Shown here one piece after another: positions 24,623 through 37,300 of a DNA stretch of 64,000 bases. Under the pieces are notes generated by a model. That model saw only the letters and a program-made list of their open reading frames with translations. It ran no database searches and was not told the origin of the DNA. The DNA comes from Hemiscyllium ocellatum (Eukaryota): contig NC_083424.1 of the NCBI RefSeq assembly GCF_020745735.1, positions 49,338,999 through 49,402,998 of the forward strand, written 5' to 3'. The translations under genes and the position numbers were made by a program. Positions within the stretch are counted from its first letter, which is position 1. Each line of letters opens with the position of its first letter.

Positions 24623-25758
24623 GTGAGACTTTTATGTACAAATATTACATGTTCAATATATTTGGATTTAACCTAATATCACCCTGAATTTCAGAACCAT
24701 GCAGTTTATTGACTTACCTGAATCCCTATTTTGCTGCTTATTCTGTGACATTTCTATCCTCTTCTGAAGGCAGAGTTCTGCTTGATGCAAATGTCCGAGC
24801 AGCTACAGCCATCCAATTGAAGTTGTATTTTTAAATGCATAAACTCTATGAATGAGTGTTTCTCTGGGAGGCCTCATATCTTTTTCCAATCTTGCCCCAT
24901 GATGTTTAAATGCATATTGTTGGGATATGTTTGAGATGGGCATCACAGTTGACACAATCTCTAGCTGGAGGTCCCAGTAGGTATTGTGAATCTTGGTACA
25001 AACTCTGGAAAGATAGTTCCAGTTACCCAAAATATAAGTTGCACAGTAATTATTTAAAGTCTATAGATCAATAAAACATTCAACAAACAAAGTCATACTG
25101 GACTCAAATGTTAACTCTTTGTCTCTCCACAGATGCAGCCAGATGTGCGGAGTTTCTCCGGTTTTTTTAAATTTTAGATTTCCAACATCCTTATTATGTA
25201 AAATGCACCAAGATGTTTCACAGAAGCATTGTAAAACAAAAAGCCATATAATATTATGCCATGGCCAAAAGCTTATTTAAAGAGGCAGGTTTTTAAGGAT
25301 TGTCTTAAATGAGGACAGTATATTAAAGACAGTGATGGCCTTATTAAAATTGGAAATGGACAATATTCTGAATTAGAGGAGCATAGATATGAACCTTGTG
25401 AAGATAGAAGAGACTAGAGAGGGAGAAGAGGCCATGGGAGGATTTGTAAACCAGGATAAGAATTTTAAAGTTAAAACATTTCACTGGGAATGGGTGATAA
25501 AGCAAATTAAACTTGCTATGAGTTTAGCACAGGCAGCAGCATTTTTACAGAAAATTGTATGTGGGATATAATTTATGAAGTGCATTGAAAACACTAGACT
25601 TAAAAGCATAAATATGGGTTTCAGAAACAGATAAGCTGTTGTAGAAGTGGAAATAGATGATCTTGGGTAATGTTACAAACTTTTTCTATACCAGTTTTAG
25701 TTTTTAAGTCTGATGTTACTATTGTGGATCTAACTGCAAACTTGTTTTAAATTTACAG

Positions 25759-25884
25759 ACAGCTTTATGTGAGAGTGAGAAGAGGAGGTTAGAAGAACAA
25801 AAGATACACTTTCCAATCTGGGCAATGAGGAAAGATCCACCAGCTGAATGGCAGCTGCCCCTAAGTGACAAAGAAGAGAAATAG
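25759..25884 (+). CDS. C22orf39: C22orf39 exon 3 (terminal)
   Basis: tttacag|ACA...AAA TAG. Encodes TALCESEKRRLEEQKIHFPIWAMRKDPPAEWQLPLSDKEEK*, similar to human SLCESERAR...VWAPRQSPPPDWHLPL. Total protein 105 aa. Confidence 0.92.
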   Translation, partial: TALCESEKRRLEEQKIHFPIWAMRKDPPAEWQLPLSDKEEK

Positions 25885-26148
25885 TTGGAGTTGATCATAT
25901 CTCGGATCACATCTAGGATCACAATAGTCAGCAGGTGCTGCAATAGAGCCTTTGTGAGCATGTCCACTTCACTCTGCAGTGTCCTATATAACACTGGTTT
26001 TAAGGGAATCCAGTTGGAAGCAGCTTTGAGTCTTGAGACTACTATTTAACCTGGATTCATTTTATAGGAACTCACTGGAGATGGTAATCGGAATGTTATA
26101 TAACCGTCTGACTGTCACATCCTGTTATGCTGCAGCAAAGGTGTTTTC

Positions 26149-26158
26149 AATAAATAAA
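26149..26158 (+). terminator. Candidate C22orf39 polyadenylation signal
   Basis: Overlapping AATAAATAAA about 265 nt after the stop, followed by T/GT-rich sequence. Confidence 0.55.
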
Positions 26159-27673
26159 CTGCCAGCATATTAATTTAATTTAACTTCAGGTTCTTGTGAA
26201 TGTTTGTTAGGTCTGTGAGATGCTCAGAGAGGTATCCAAGATTTACTTGAAATTGAGATTGGGTCTTAATTTCTTACACAACTTGGGTTGGGAGCTAGGA
26301 AGGGAACCAATGCCAAAAAGGACACCAGCGCAGATTTCACTTGGAAGAACTGTTTTGGGTGTGGGCTGAACCAAGACCAGGCACCGTTATTGATTCAACA
26401 CGGAGCACGAAACCAGAGGAAGCTCTTAAGCTCATGCACAAATTGCAAACTGTCATAGGTGTGAGGCAACAATTTATCATAAACATACATTCCTTATTGT
26501 AATCATTCTGATAAAAACAATATTTCTCTTTGTTTATTCCCAGACCAAAGAAGTCACTGGTTTGGCCATCAGTTATTGTCCAAAGAATAGTTAAATCAAT
26601 GCCTTTGTTGTGGATCTGGAATCACAAGTAGGCCCTGACTAGGGGTATGGGTGGCAGATTTACTTCCCTAAAAGGTTATTAGTGAACCTGACAGATTTTG
26701 TTTTAATGACAATTGACAGTAGTTACATGGCTGCCACTAGGCTATTTTGTTTTTTGTATTCTAGATTTTATTGAATTCCAATTTGACCATCTTGCATGAT
26801 AGGAATGAAACTTATGTCCCTAGAACATTAGGCTGGGGGCTGGATATTTACTCCAGTAACATTACATCATTGCTTTCCTGGATTTAATTATATATAAATA
26901 AAATATACCTGCTAAATAAAGGAATATTCATCATAATTTTATGAAACAACTGCTGCTGGTCTAAATATCTCAATTGTTTTTAATGCTCTGATATGAAAAT
27001 TTGAATAGAATTCTGACAAGGATAAATATATTGGCTAACATCATCCCTTAATATTACTAATTCTTTTCCCAAAGCTATTCAAACAATATGTCTACATTTA
27101 ACCCGAATATACCTTAAGTCACACTTGCACAATCATATGTAAAACAAAATGACACTTTAATATTTTTAATCTGCAGAAGATTCTGTCTCTCATGGTCCTA
27201 CCTCAAAGTCATTTAATTTTCCAGTATGACTTTAACAGCATAATATACAGACTACTGCTTTTCAGTTAATGATGTCCCATCTGTAATACCATTCTTACAT
27301 CCTGATGACTTCAGAAAAAGGGAAAAACACTCTGGGTTTGCATGAAGTGACGACAATGCAGGCACTGAAAACCAGCACATTTCTACAAGTGAAATTTGTA
27401 AAATTAGTTTTACTCTGAAGGACTTCAATTTTTTTTATTCACTACTAAAGTCACTTGACTATACCGATAAGGCGAGAACCACAATTTGTAACCTGCACAT
27501 TGTTACATAGTTGTCCTTGCTATTGCACTGAGGTATTTCTGCTGCCTTGTAACTATCACAAAAGAAATTACAAACTTAACCTTATAAAACCTAGCATTCT
27601 TCCTAGAAACTTGTAAAATGTGTTAAAAATTAATACTGCAAGTGTTGTTTGACATTTACATGTCAATATTCCC

Positions 27674-27679
27674 TTTATT
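27674..27679 (-). terminator. Candidate MRPL40 polyadenylation signal
   Basis: AATAAA on the minus strand about 55 nt downstream of the MRPL40 stop. Confidence 0.5.
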
Positions 27680-27733
27680 TAGGAAAAAAAATCAGTTTGA
27701 AATGCCAAACCACAAGCAAGTATTTGATACATG

Positions 27734-28043
27734 TCATTGAGTGTAGACTTTAGTGATATCTCTATATTTTCCATCAGGTGCTTGGTAGTCGGCAATGGGA
27801 GGAGTAAAACTGCATCCTTGCAACTCCAATGGAAAGAGTCCTTGGTCCTGTTTAATGGCAGCCTGGTACAACTGTTCTGATTCAAGCCGCAGTTCCTGCA
27901 GGGCCTGTTGCTGTGCCTTAATCATGGACTGGATCATTTCAGCTTCTCTATCGTGTTCTTTTTGCTTATAACGTGACCACTCTTTCATCAGAAGTGCTCG
28001 CCTCTCACTCTCTTCCATTTTAAGCTTCGGAGGATCGCGGACT
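27734..28043 (-). CDS. MRPL40: MRPL40 exon 4 (terminal), mitochondrial ribosomal protein mL40
   Basis: cctacag|A GTC CGC... Encodes ESERRALLMKEWSRYKQ...[34 protein letters not shown], similar to human ETERRALLLKKWSLYKQ...[23 protein letters not shown]. Confidence 0.95.
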
Positions 28044-29892
28044 CTGTAGGCATCACACACAGCAAAACTTTATTTGGGCTCTATGTGCTTTTAAAAACAA
28101 TATTCACATTGCAGTTTGAGCTGAACCAATGCAATTTCAACATATGCATTCACAATTGTTATTTCTCAGAAATACCATTGAAGTACACTACTACAGATAT
28201 TTAATTATTTGGAAGTGAAATGACTATTGGGACCAAAATAATGAACATTTAGTGCACAGCAAGGTTCCACAAACAGTGTGATAAATGACCTGCCAGTCTA
28301 CTGTTGATTAAGGAAAGACACCAGAATTCATTCAGAAAACAAATCAAGCTTTGCATTTATAAAGTATTTTTCACAAACTTCAGAATGTCTCAAAACAATT
28401 TACAACTCATGAAATACTTTTGAAAGGCAGTCAGTGTTCTAGTGTATGAATGCAACAGTCAACTTCCACAAACAGCAATGTGATGATAACCAAATAATCT
28501 GCTTCAATAATATTAATTGAAGATAAATACTGGTCAATATTTCAGTGAGAATTCTATTTCTATTAATTGAAAAACAAATGAGTAGTTATGCCTTCCTTAA
28601 AAATAGTACTAAAAACAGATTGATCATTCAGCTGACTGGAGTCTTGTGTACGTTATGATCATTGTTACTTGGTTACAATAGACACTGCATTTTCACTTAA
28701 TGAATGGACTGAGAGATGCAGAACTTCAAATTATTTTCTTCAAGTTACGCCTTGGGAGCAGACAGAGTTTCAGTTGAATGGATTATCTGAAGGGCAGCAT
28801 CTGAATAGAGTGCAGCTCTACTGGTGTCCCACTGAGCTCAAAGCTGGGGGTTGAGATGTACAAAAGTCCTATTTAGTTATAAATTGGAGGGTCTGGACCA
28901 ACTTATCAGTTACTTGTACCAAACTTCATAGCCACCTGATCTCTGAATTCACTTTTCTGTCTTCACCTGCACTTACTGCCTAATTCCATCTCATCTAAAT
29001 ACAATATCCTCACTTGATTTGATTTTCCCTCTTTCATCTACACCTTGGACCCATTATTCTTCTCTCCTTAGTTCAGATGTGGATTCATTCAACTGGAGGA
29101 AGATGAACAATGCTGATGGTACAAGACCACTCTTACAAGAAAAAGCAGTCCAAGTTGGAGAATTCACTCTTTCAGCCACACAACAAAACAAATCCAACAC
29201 TGAAACACAATTGTTCAGAATGAGTATTTACAACTCACTAAAAGAACAAAAACTTTAACCAGCCTTTCAACAGTTGGCTCCCAACACAAAGAATTTAACC
29301 AAATGTTGGGATTATGCACAAAACATGTGCTGTATCGCAACAAGACTTCTCTATATATAATTATGGATAAAAAGTGAAATTGTATGAGGTATAAATGTCA
29401 GGTATTTATTTGGATTGTGCGGGATATTCATTAGCATGGTGATTGGTTTTTGTGTGTGTCAGGTACTTAGCAATGAAAAAGCCTCTTCTACCACCTGCAT
29501 TGTGAAGCCCAATATGTGGAATAAATAGATGCTTAAATGTACACTTGTAAGCTCTGAAAATTTTAACAGTTCAGCAAAGTGGTTCACTATCACCTTTGAT
29601 GACAATTAGGAATTGGCAATAAATGTTAGCAATGCCCAAATCTCAGGAGGGAATTTTTTTTTTAAAAAGTGGCCTTTCCTACAGGCTAACTTTGTCCTAA
29701 GCATTGGCATATATGCCATTTTAAATGTTTAGAAGTTGAACTTCTATTTATGTTAGGAGTTTAAAATTATTATGAGAAAACAAAACAACCACAAAGGAGC
29801 CTAATTTCCTGACCAAACCAGTATATTCAGAGAAGATCATTTTGCCTTTTGGAACTATATAATCTTTTAGATTTCTGTCGCATAACACAAAC

Positions 29893-30048
29893 CTTGATTC
29901 ATCAAGTAACTTCGTTGGAGTGTTAAAATCTTCAATTGGGATCAGCTCTGGGGGAACACGTTCCAACTTCTTTAGTCTTTTTCGCAGGCGCTCTCTCGCT
30001 GCCTGTTCTCTTTTGGGATCTATTTTCTTCTTTTTCTTGGGTTCAGCT
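29893..30048 (-). CDS. MRPL40: MRPL40 exon 3
   Basis: ttttgcag|A GCT GAA CCC...TCA AG|gttt. Encodes [41 protein letters not shown]. Phases match both neighbours. Confidence 0.94.
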
Positions 30049-30469
30049 CTGCAAAATAATTGCTTGCAACATTGAAGCATTAACATTGGCTACACCTTCC
30101 TCACACAGGCACAATACCCTTTGATGCAATGATTTCAGGATGAGATTGAAAGGGGAGTTATAATTTTCATGCCTTTTCAATATTTTATTTTTATAATGCC
30201 CCTTCTGTTCCCAAGCCAAATGCCTTGGTTTTATTCAGCTAACCTGTATGTTTTGCTTTCTGACCTCTGCAAATGAATGAAATTGCTGAAAAGTGATTGA
30301 CAGCATCTCATTTCCAAAGATGCATACTCATTATTTTTTTTCTCTCAAAATGGGCCAGGTTAGAACCCTTAAATAAGTTGACGTGCAACATTTACATTTC
30401 CTGCAACATTTACATTTCCAGCAACCTCAGAATTTTGCTTTATTACAGAGCACTATTAGTTATTTCACA

Positions 30470-30785
30470 GAATAGAATAGAACCCTTTCAGTGTGGAAAC
30501 AGCCCATTTGGCCCAACAAGTTCTCACCAACCCTCCGAAGAGTAACCCACCCCAAACTCATTCCCCTAGCCTATTTGTCTGTATTTACCCCTGACTGATG
30601 CACCTACCCTGAACATTGTGGGGAATTTAGCATGGTCAGTTCACACAACCTGCACATCTCTGGGCTGTGGGAGGAAACTGGAACACCTGGGAGGAAACCC
30701 TCGCAGACACGGAAATTTGCCTGAGGCTGGAATTGAATGTGGGTCCTTGGCGCTGTGAGGCAGCAGGGCTAGCCACTGTGCTGTC
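30470..30785 (-). mobile_element. HE1-type V-SINE
   Basis: Reverse complement of the same SINE consensus. Confidence 0.75.
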
Positions 30786-31059
30786 CTACTTCAGTTATTC
30801 TTTAGAATCTAATGTGCACAGTATACTTTTTTTGTACTAAATTTATCCATTCAAACACTAACTACTGAATGTGATGATTCAGGTAGCTTTAAATGATTTC
30901 AAACAGAAACTCATACATAGATTCTTCTTCACTGAATGTTTTTGCCGATTATTTAGGTGTTTATTATTCAGGTATTTATTCAAGAGTTACCTTTAATGTA
31001 ATAAAGTGTCCCAGGGCATTTCACAGGGAAAGGCAGTAGTAGTAATCACTACTAATGAA

Positions 31060-33150
31060 GAAGTTAAATTGATAAATCTGAATTAAGAAGCGGTCTAACG
31101 GTGATCATGGAACCACTCTTGTTTGTTGTAAAAACCCATCTGGTTCACTAATGTCCTTCAAGGAAGTATGTTCTGCTGTCCTCACCTGGTTTGTTCATAT
31201 TTCACTCCAGACCCACAGCAAGTGGCTGACTCACAACTGCCTTCTGAAACAATGTGGCAAGTCAGCAATTGTATCAAATTGCTACAGACTCCAAGGAAAG
31301 GAATGGACACAGTTGGATGACACAGCATTAACCTGGACGCCAGAAACAACAACGGCAAGTAGAGTCCTATTGACCCTGCCAAGTCCTCCTTGCTAACATC
31401 CAATGGCTTGTGACAAAATTGGGTGAGCTGACCCACAGATTGGCCATGTAACAGTCTGACATAGTGATATGCACAGAACCTCATCTTACAACATCCCAGA
31501 CAATCCACTCATGTTCCACCAACAGGACAAACCAGAGTTTGATGTCACAGTAGTATACACTCAGGAAGGAGTTGCCCTGGGAGCCCTCAATATTAATTCC
31601 AGACCCCAAAAGTCTCATAACATCATGACTAACATGGACAAAGGAACCTCCTAATTACCACCTACTGCATGAGCACTAACTGAAAGAAGCACGGAGGGTA
31701 GCAAACTCACAGAAAGTACTCTGGATGGGGGACTTCAATGTCCGTGAGATAGACAGCCTCAGTAGCACCATCACCAATCAGGCTGGCTGAGTCCTAAAGG
31801 ACACAGTTGCTAGACTGTGAGTGGCAGGTACTGTGGGGATCGATATAAAGGAAAAATCCACGTGTCTTCATTCGCACCAGTTTAACTGCTGCAGATGCAG
31901 TGGTGTGGCACAGTGTAGTCATTGTGGTGTCTTCATATTGAGGATACCCTCCATCATGGTGTGACACTACCTTTGAGCTAAATGGTATATATTTTGAACA
32001 GATTTCACAACTTCAAACTGGGAATCAGGAGGTGATTGAGGCCTTTAGCAGCAGGATAATTTTGTTGAATCACATTTTGGAGCCTCATGACCTGGTATTC
32101 CCCACCCCCAACAATACAATTGCTTATAAACCTGGGATCAACTCTAGTTTACTAAAGAATGCAGCAGGGTATGCCAGGAATGTTATCAAACATGTCTAAA
32201 AATGAGGAAATAACCTGGTGAACTCAGGACTATTCTATGCTAAAACAGCAGAATCAACAAACAAAGACTGACTCTATGAGTAGTGATACCACAACAACCA
32301 GTTCAGATCTAAGCTCTGCACTGCTGCCTCGTCCAGCTATAAGTGGTGATGGACAATTAAAATAACTCATTGGAGGAGGAGTAGAGTCACAAATATTCCC
32401 ATGCTCAATGATGGGGAGCCTAGCACATCAGGTCAAAAGACAAGGCCCAGTATTTGCAACAATCTTCAGTTAGAAGTGCCAAGTGGATGATCCATCTCAG
32501 CCTCCTCTAGAGGTCATCAGCATCACAGGCATTTCAGTTCATTCCATGCAATATCGAGAAATTATTGAAGGTACTGAATACTGTAAAGGCTATGGGGCCT
32601 GGCTGCATTCCAGCATTGGTACTGAAGAGACATGCTTCAAACTTAAATGTGACTCTAGTCATGCTGTTCCAGTACAGATATGACACTGACTCTGACCCTA
32701 CACTGTGGAAAATGGTCTAGCTTTTCCATGTTGGCAATAAGCAGGATTAGAGTCAAGATTAGTGTGGTGCTGGAAAAGCACAGCAGGCCAGGCAGCATTA
32801 GAGGAGCAGGAAAAATCGACATTTCGGCAGGAGTCCTTCATCAGGAAGTGGTCGATTTTCCTGCTCCTTGGACGCTGCCTGACGTGCTGTGCTTTTCCAG
32901 GACTACGCTAATCTTGACTCTAATCTCCAACATCTGCAGCCCCTACTTTCACCTAATAAGCAGGATGAAACAACCTGGCCAACTACTGCTCTATCAGTTT
33001 ACACTCAATCATCAGCAAAGTGACGGAAGGGATCTTTGGCGGTGCAATCAAGTTCACTTGCTCACTGAGCTCCAGACCTCATTACAGCCCAGGTCCAAAT
33101 GTGGTCAGAAGATTTAAACTCTAGAGGTAAGTCGAAAGTGTCTGTCCTTG
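31060..33150 (+). mobile_element. Degenerate non-LTR retrotransposon (CR1/L2-group, second family)
   Basis: Endonuclease-like WMGDFNV and linker remnants. The same family recurs at about 12560-12830, 40690-43200 (IYKGQVSSVMEYS.LVWMS) and 57650-59000 (-). Confidence 0.6.
32748..32954. mobile_element. Foldback mini Penelope-tail element with 12-bp TSD
   Basis: Inverted arms of about 75 bp around a hammerhead-like core, flanked by aataagcaggat at 32736-32747 and 32955-32966. Confidence 0.75.
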
Positions 33151-34070
33151 ATATCAAAGCAGTGTGTTTTTCCCTGGAGCGTCAGAGCCAGAGGGGTGAC
33201 TTTATTGAGGTTTATAAAATCATGAGGGGCGTGATCTTTTCTCTGGGGTGGCGGAGTCCAGAACTACAGGGCACAGGTTTAGGGTGAGAGGGGAAGATTT
33301 AAAAGGGACCAATGGGGCAGCTTTTTCCACACAAAGGATGGTGCATGTATGGAATGAGCTGCCAGAGGAAGTAGTGGAGATTGGTACAATTAGAACATAG
33401 GCATCTGGACATGTATATGAATAGGAAGGGTTTAGTGGGATATGGGCCAAGTACTGGCAAATGAGACTAGATTAATTTGGGATATCTGGTCAGCATGGAC
33501 GAGTTGGACTGAAGGGTCTGTCTCCGTACTGTATATCTCTATGACCCAATGTGGTACCAAGGAACAGTAGCAAAACCGTTCTCAAATGGAAATTTTGGAA
33601 AGCATCATTCTGTAGAGTCACACTCAGTCCAAAGGAAGATGACTATCTTTCTGGAGGTCAGTCATCTCAGTCCCAGGACATCACTACAAGAGTTCCTCAG
33701 GCTCTAGATAGTTTCTAATCAACATGTTCAGAGATGCTACTACATACCTCTGGAGCAAGTGGGATTTGAACCCAGGCCTTCTGGATCAGAGGCAGGAACA
33801 CTATACTGCATCACAAGGCCCATACCTTCCTCAAGGTCTAGTGTCCTAGCGCTACCATCGTTAGGGATTGGCAAAAAAATGCTGGCCAGCCAGCAAAACC
33901 CCCATCCCACAAATTAACGTAAAGAAGCTGCTTTATCAATGATTGCCCCTCCCATTATAAAGGCAAGAAAATGGGATGTTCTCTGACGACTGCACAATGT
34001 TCAGCACCAATTGCTTTTTCCAAATCAACACATGCAGGAAGATTGCAGCTTGTCTTAAGATTTACTGTAC

Positions 34071-34154
34071 CTCATTGGTAAGGATGCTCGGAGTCCCAAG
34101 AGGGATATCTGCCAGTGACTATCTCGAATAGAAGCATTCCATACTGCACGAGGA
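34071..34154 (-). CDS. MRPL40: MRPL40 exon 2
   Basis: cttccag|T CCT CGT...CCA ATG AG|gtacag. Encodes PRAVWNASIRDSHWQISLLGLRASLPMR, similar to human ...RETHQRASLLSFWELIPMR. Phase 2/2. Confidence 0.88.
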
Positions 34155-34933
34155 CTGGAAGAGAAGGAAAGATATTGTTCTAGGTTTCAGATGAGATCTA
34201 CACATTTGATTGTTGCTTCAACAAGTCAATACCTCCTAACAGCTGTATCTAACTGAGACAATATGAATGAAGAAAATGAAAAACTGGCCCAGAGGAACCC
34301 AGGGGAAAAAATGTGACTGCTTTAAGCAATTGTATCTCAACAACATAGTTCTGTCAACGTACAAACACAGATGACACTGGGCTGTGCCCATTCTCTGCCA
34401 GCAATGTCAAATCCACATTCATCAATGTGTTGTTAGGTTACTTGTCTCAATAAGTTGAACATTTCTCTAACAGCAGCAAAGATTATTCAGGCCTAGGCAA
34501 AAGTCCAGCATCCCAGTTCCAGCTTCATCTCTCTCTTGCAGTACTTTGCAGTCTCCTGGTTGATCTGGAGTTAACTTTATCCTTTGCTAACAATTATATA
34601 TCCCCCTCTGCATCACTTGTCCAGCTCAATCTGTGCCTTAACCTTCCCTCTTACTTTAGTTGTTTGAAGGCTCAGTTCTCATACTTTGTTCTAAGTCCAT
34701 CTCTTTTGTTCCACATTTTATAAACTTGCCTCCCTCTCATCTCCAACAAATTTAATAATTCTGTTCTCCTTTAGAATATTCCACTTACCTAGTTCACAGG
34801 AAGTCTCATCGTTCTTTCCATCCAACAATGAAAAGTCTCGATCCTGAAGCTTCCTCTCATTCCTTACTTTCCCCCTTCAAACATCTGCTCAAAAGGGCAG
34901 ATTTAGGGCAATGAATTCAGGTACCTCCAACAG

Positions 34934-35590
34934 TCATAGAATCATAGAGATGTACAGCATGAAAACAGACCCTTCGAACCAATCTGTCCAAGCCGACCAG
35001 ATATCCAACCCAATCTGGTCCCACCTGCCAGCACCTGGCCCATATCCCTCCAAACCCTTCCTATTCATATACCCATCCAAATGCCTCTTAAATGTTGCAA
35101 TTTTACCAGCCTCCATCACATCCTCTGGCAGCTCATTCCATACACGTACCACCCTCTGCATGAAAAAGTTGCCCCTTGGGTCTCTTTTATATCTTTCTCC
35201 TCTCACCATAAACCTATGCCCTCTAGCTCTGGATTCCCCGACCCCAGGGAAAAGACTTTGTCTATTTATCCTATCTATGCCCCTCATAATTTTGTAAACC
35301 TCTATAAGATCACCCCTCAGCTTCTGACGCTCCAGGGAAAACAGCCCCAGCCTATTCAGCCTCTCGCTATAGCTCAAATCCTCCAACCCTGGCAACATCC
35401 TTGTAAAACTTTTCTGAACCCTTTCAAGTTTCACAACATCTTTCCGATAGGAAGGAGACCAGAAGCAATATTCCAACAGTGACCCAACCAATGTCTTGTA
35501 CAACTGCAACATGACCTCCCAACTCCTGTACTCAATACTCTGACCAATAAAGGAAAGCATACCAAATGCCTCTTCACTATCCTATCTATC
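34934..35590 (-). mobile_element. Relatively young CR1 LINE 3' end in MRPL40 intron 1
   Basis: Open 208-aa frame ...[24 protein letters not shown]...LRGDLIEVYKIMRG...VVRVWNELP, ending in a tail of short TCTATGA-type repeats. Confidence 0.92.
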
Positions 35591-37061
35591 TATATGTCAG
35601 CATTGGCTCATTGTAGTTCTCTTACTTCCTCATTCATGGGTTGCCAATTCAAATGCCATTTCAGAGGCATAAGGCAAGAATTCAAGCTAACCATCCAGTG
35701 TACTAGTGAAGGAATGCTGCCTTTTCCATGACAAATTGGGCTGAAACTAATGCAAAAAGATGGCACTGATGACACAAGAGGTTATGATATGAAATAACTG
35801 AACTCAATGTTCTAAAGGCTGTAAAGTATCCAGTTGAAAGATGAGTTGCTTTTCCTAATGCATAAGCCTCACTGGAACAATGCAGTAAGTCAAGGGTAGA
35901 AATGAGAGCAAGTGGAATTAAAGTGAAAGGCCACCAAAAGCTGTGGGTCAGACAAAATGGTCACCCAACCTGAATGTTTGGTCTTTCAAATCCACTCAAC
36001 CCTTGCTCAAGATCTTGGTTTTCATTGTAGTATGGTAGTGCGCTGGCAAGGTCTGCATTTGTTACCCAGTCCCTGTTGCCCTTGACGTAATTGGTTCTCA
36101 AGGCCAATTCAGAGGCAGTTAAGAGTCAGTCACATTGCTGAGAGTCTGGAGTCACATGCAAGTCTTCTTTTCCTGAACAATCATCGATTTTTTATTTTGT
36201 CACCACAAAATCAGATTTATGTTGATTTCAAATTTCACCATCTACCACAGCAGGATTGAACCCCTGTCCCCAGAAAGTTAGTTCTTGATTACTGGACCAG
36301 CAAGATGGGAGACACAGGAGAGGTGCTGGCTTAGTGGCATTATCACTAGACTATTCATTCAGAGACCCAGATAGTGTTCTAGCGACCTGGGTTTAAATTC
36401 TACCATGGCTGATGGTAAATTTTGCAACATCTGGTATGGAGAGACTAATAACGACCAAGAAACCATTGTGGATAGTCAGGGGAAAAAATCTGGTTCACTA
36501 ATGTCCTTTAGGGAAAGAAACTGCCATTCTTACCCGGTTTGGCCTATATGTCATTTCAGGTCCACAGAAATGTGATGGACTCTTATCTGCCCTCTGGGAT
36601 GGGCAATAAGTGATGGCCTAGCCAGAGAAGCCTACATCCCATGAACAAATGAAAAAAAAAGTGACATTATTACACACCACTGCCTCCATGACAGTTTTCT
36701 CTATCTGATGAAAGGCCGCAGATCTGAAAGGTTAACTCTGCTTCTCTCCTGTTGTATATTTCCAGTATTTTCTGCTTTGATTTCAGATTCGTAACAGTCA
36801 CAGAGTCCTATTTCCTGGTTATCCGGTTGCTGTTTGTGAAATCAAGTTGGGCCATATGTGGCACAACCTAAACTTCATCAGTTGTGATTCCAAAGACTAG
36901 TGGGCGCTATATAAATGCAAATTATTTCATTTATTTCATGGGCCTTTGCCTACACATGGGCTTGACACTAAAGGCTGGCGAAATGGCCTCACAATCCTCC
37001 TAGAGAGAGACCACTTCACTGACCCAAAGCCTCTCCCATCCCAAACCTAGTACATACTTAC

Positions 37062-37096
37062 ATCAGGCCAAAGGCCGGCCGCACTCCCCACGACAT
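37062..37096 (-). CDS. MRPL40: MRPL40 exon 1 (start of mitochondrial presequence)
   Basis: ATG TCG TGG GGA GTG CGG CCG GCC TTT GGC CTG AT|gtaagt. Strong donor, phase 2 fits exon 2, and it lies in a CpG-enriched patch. Total CDS 585 nt. Confidence 0.75.
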
Positions 37097-37300
37097 ATTC
37101 TCCGTGTGAAGCCAGCACCTCCTCCGGTCACTCCCTCCACCTTTCACCAACCCTCTTCTACCCCAGTGCCAGCCTCCGTCTCCACTCACACTCGAGTCAT
37201 TTTCAGCGACGCACCAGCACCAGCGTTTCATGGTCACGGAAATACGGTCCGACTGGCGTGCAACGTTCACGCAGAATGTTCCGAGTCCACCCAAGAGTCT
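37097..37300 (-). promoter_or_regulatory. MRPL40 promoter/5'UTR CpG-rich patch
   Basis: CpG density is high relative to the flanks. Contains a CGGAAAT ETS-like motif and a GTGACCATGAAAC X-box-like motif. Confidence 0.5.

Noticed and set aside
34934-35560. 208-aa ORF as a host gene
   Set aside because: It is the C-terminus of CR1 ORF2 in a 5'-truncated copy.
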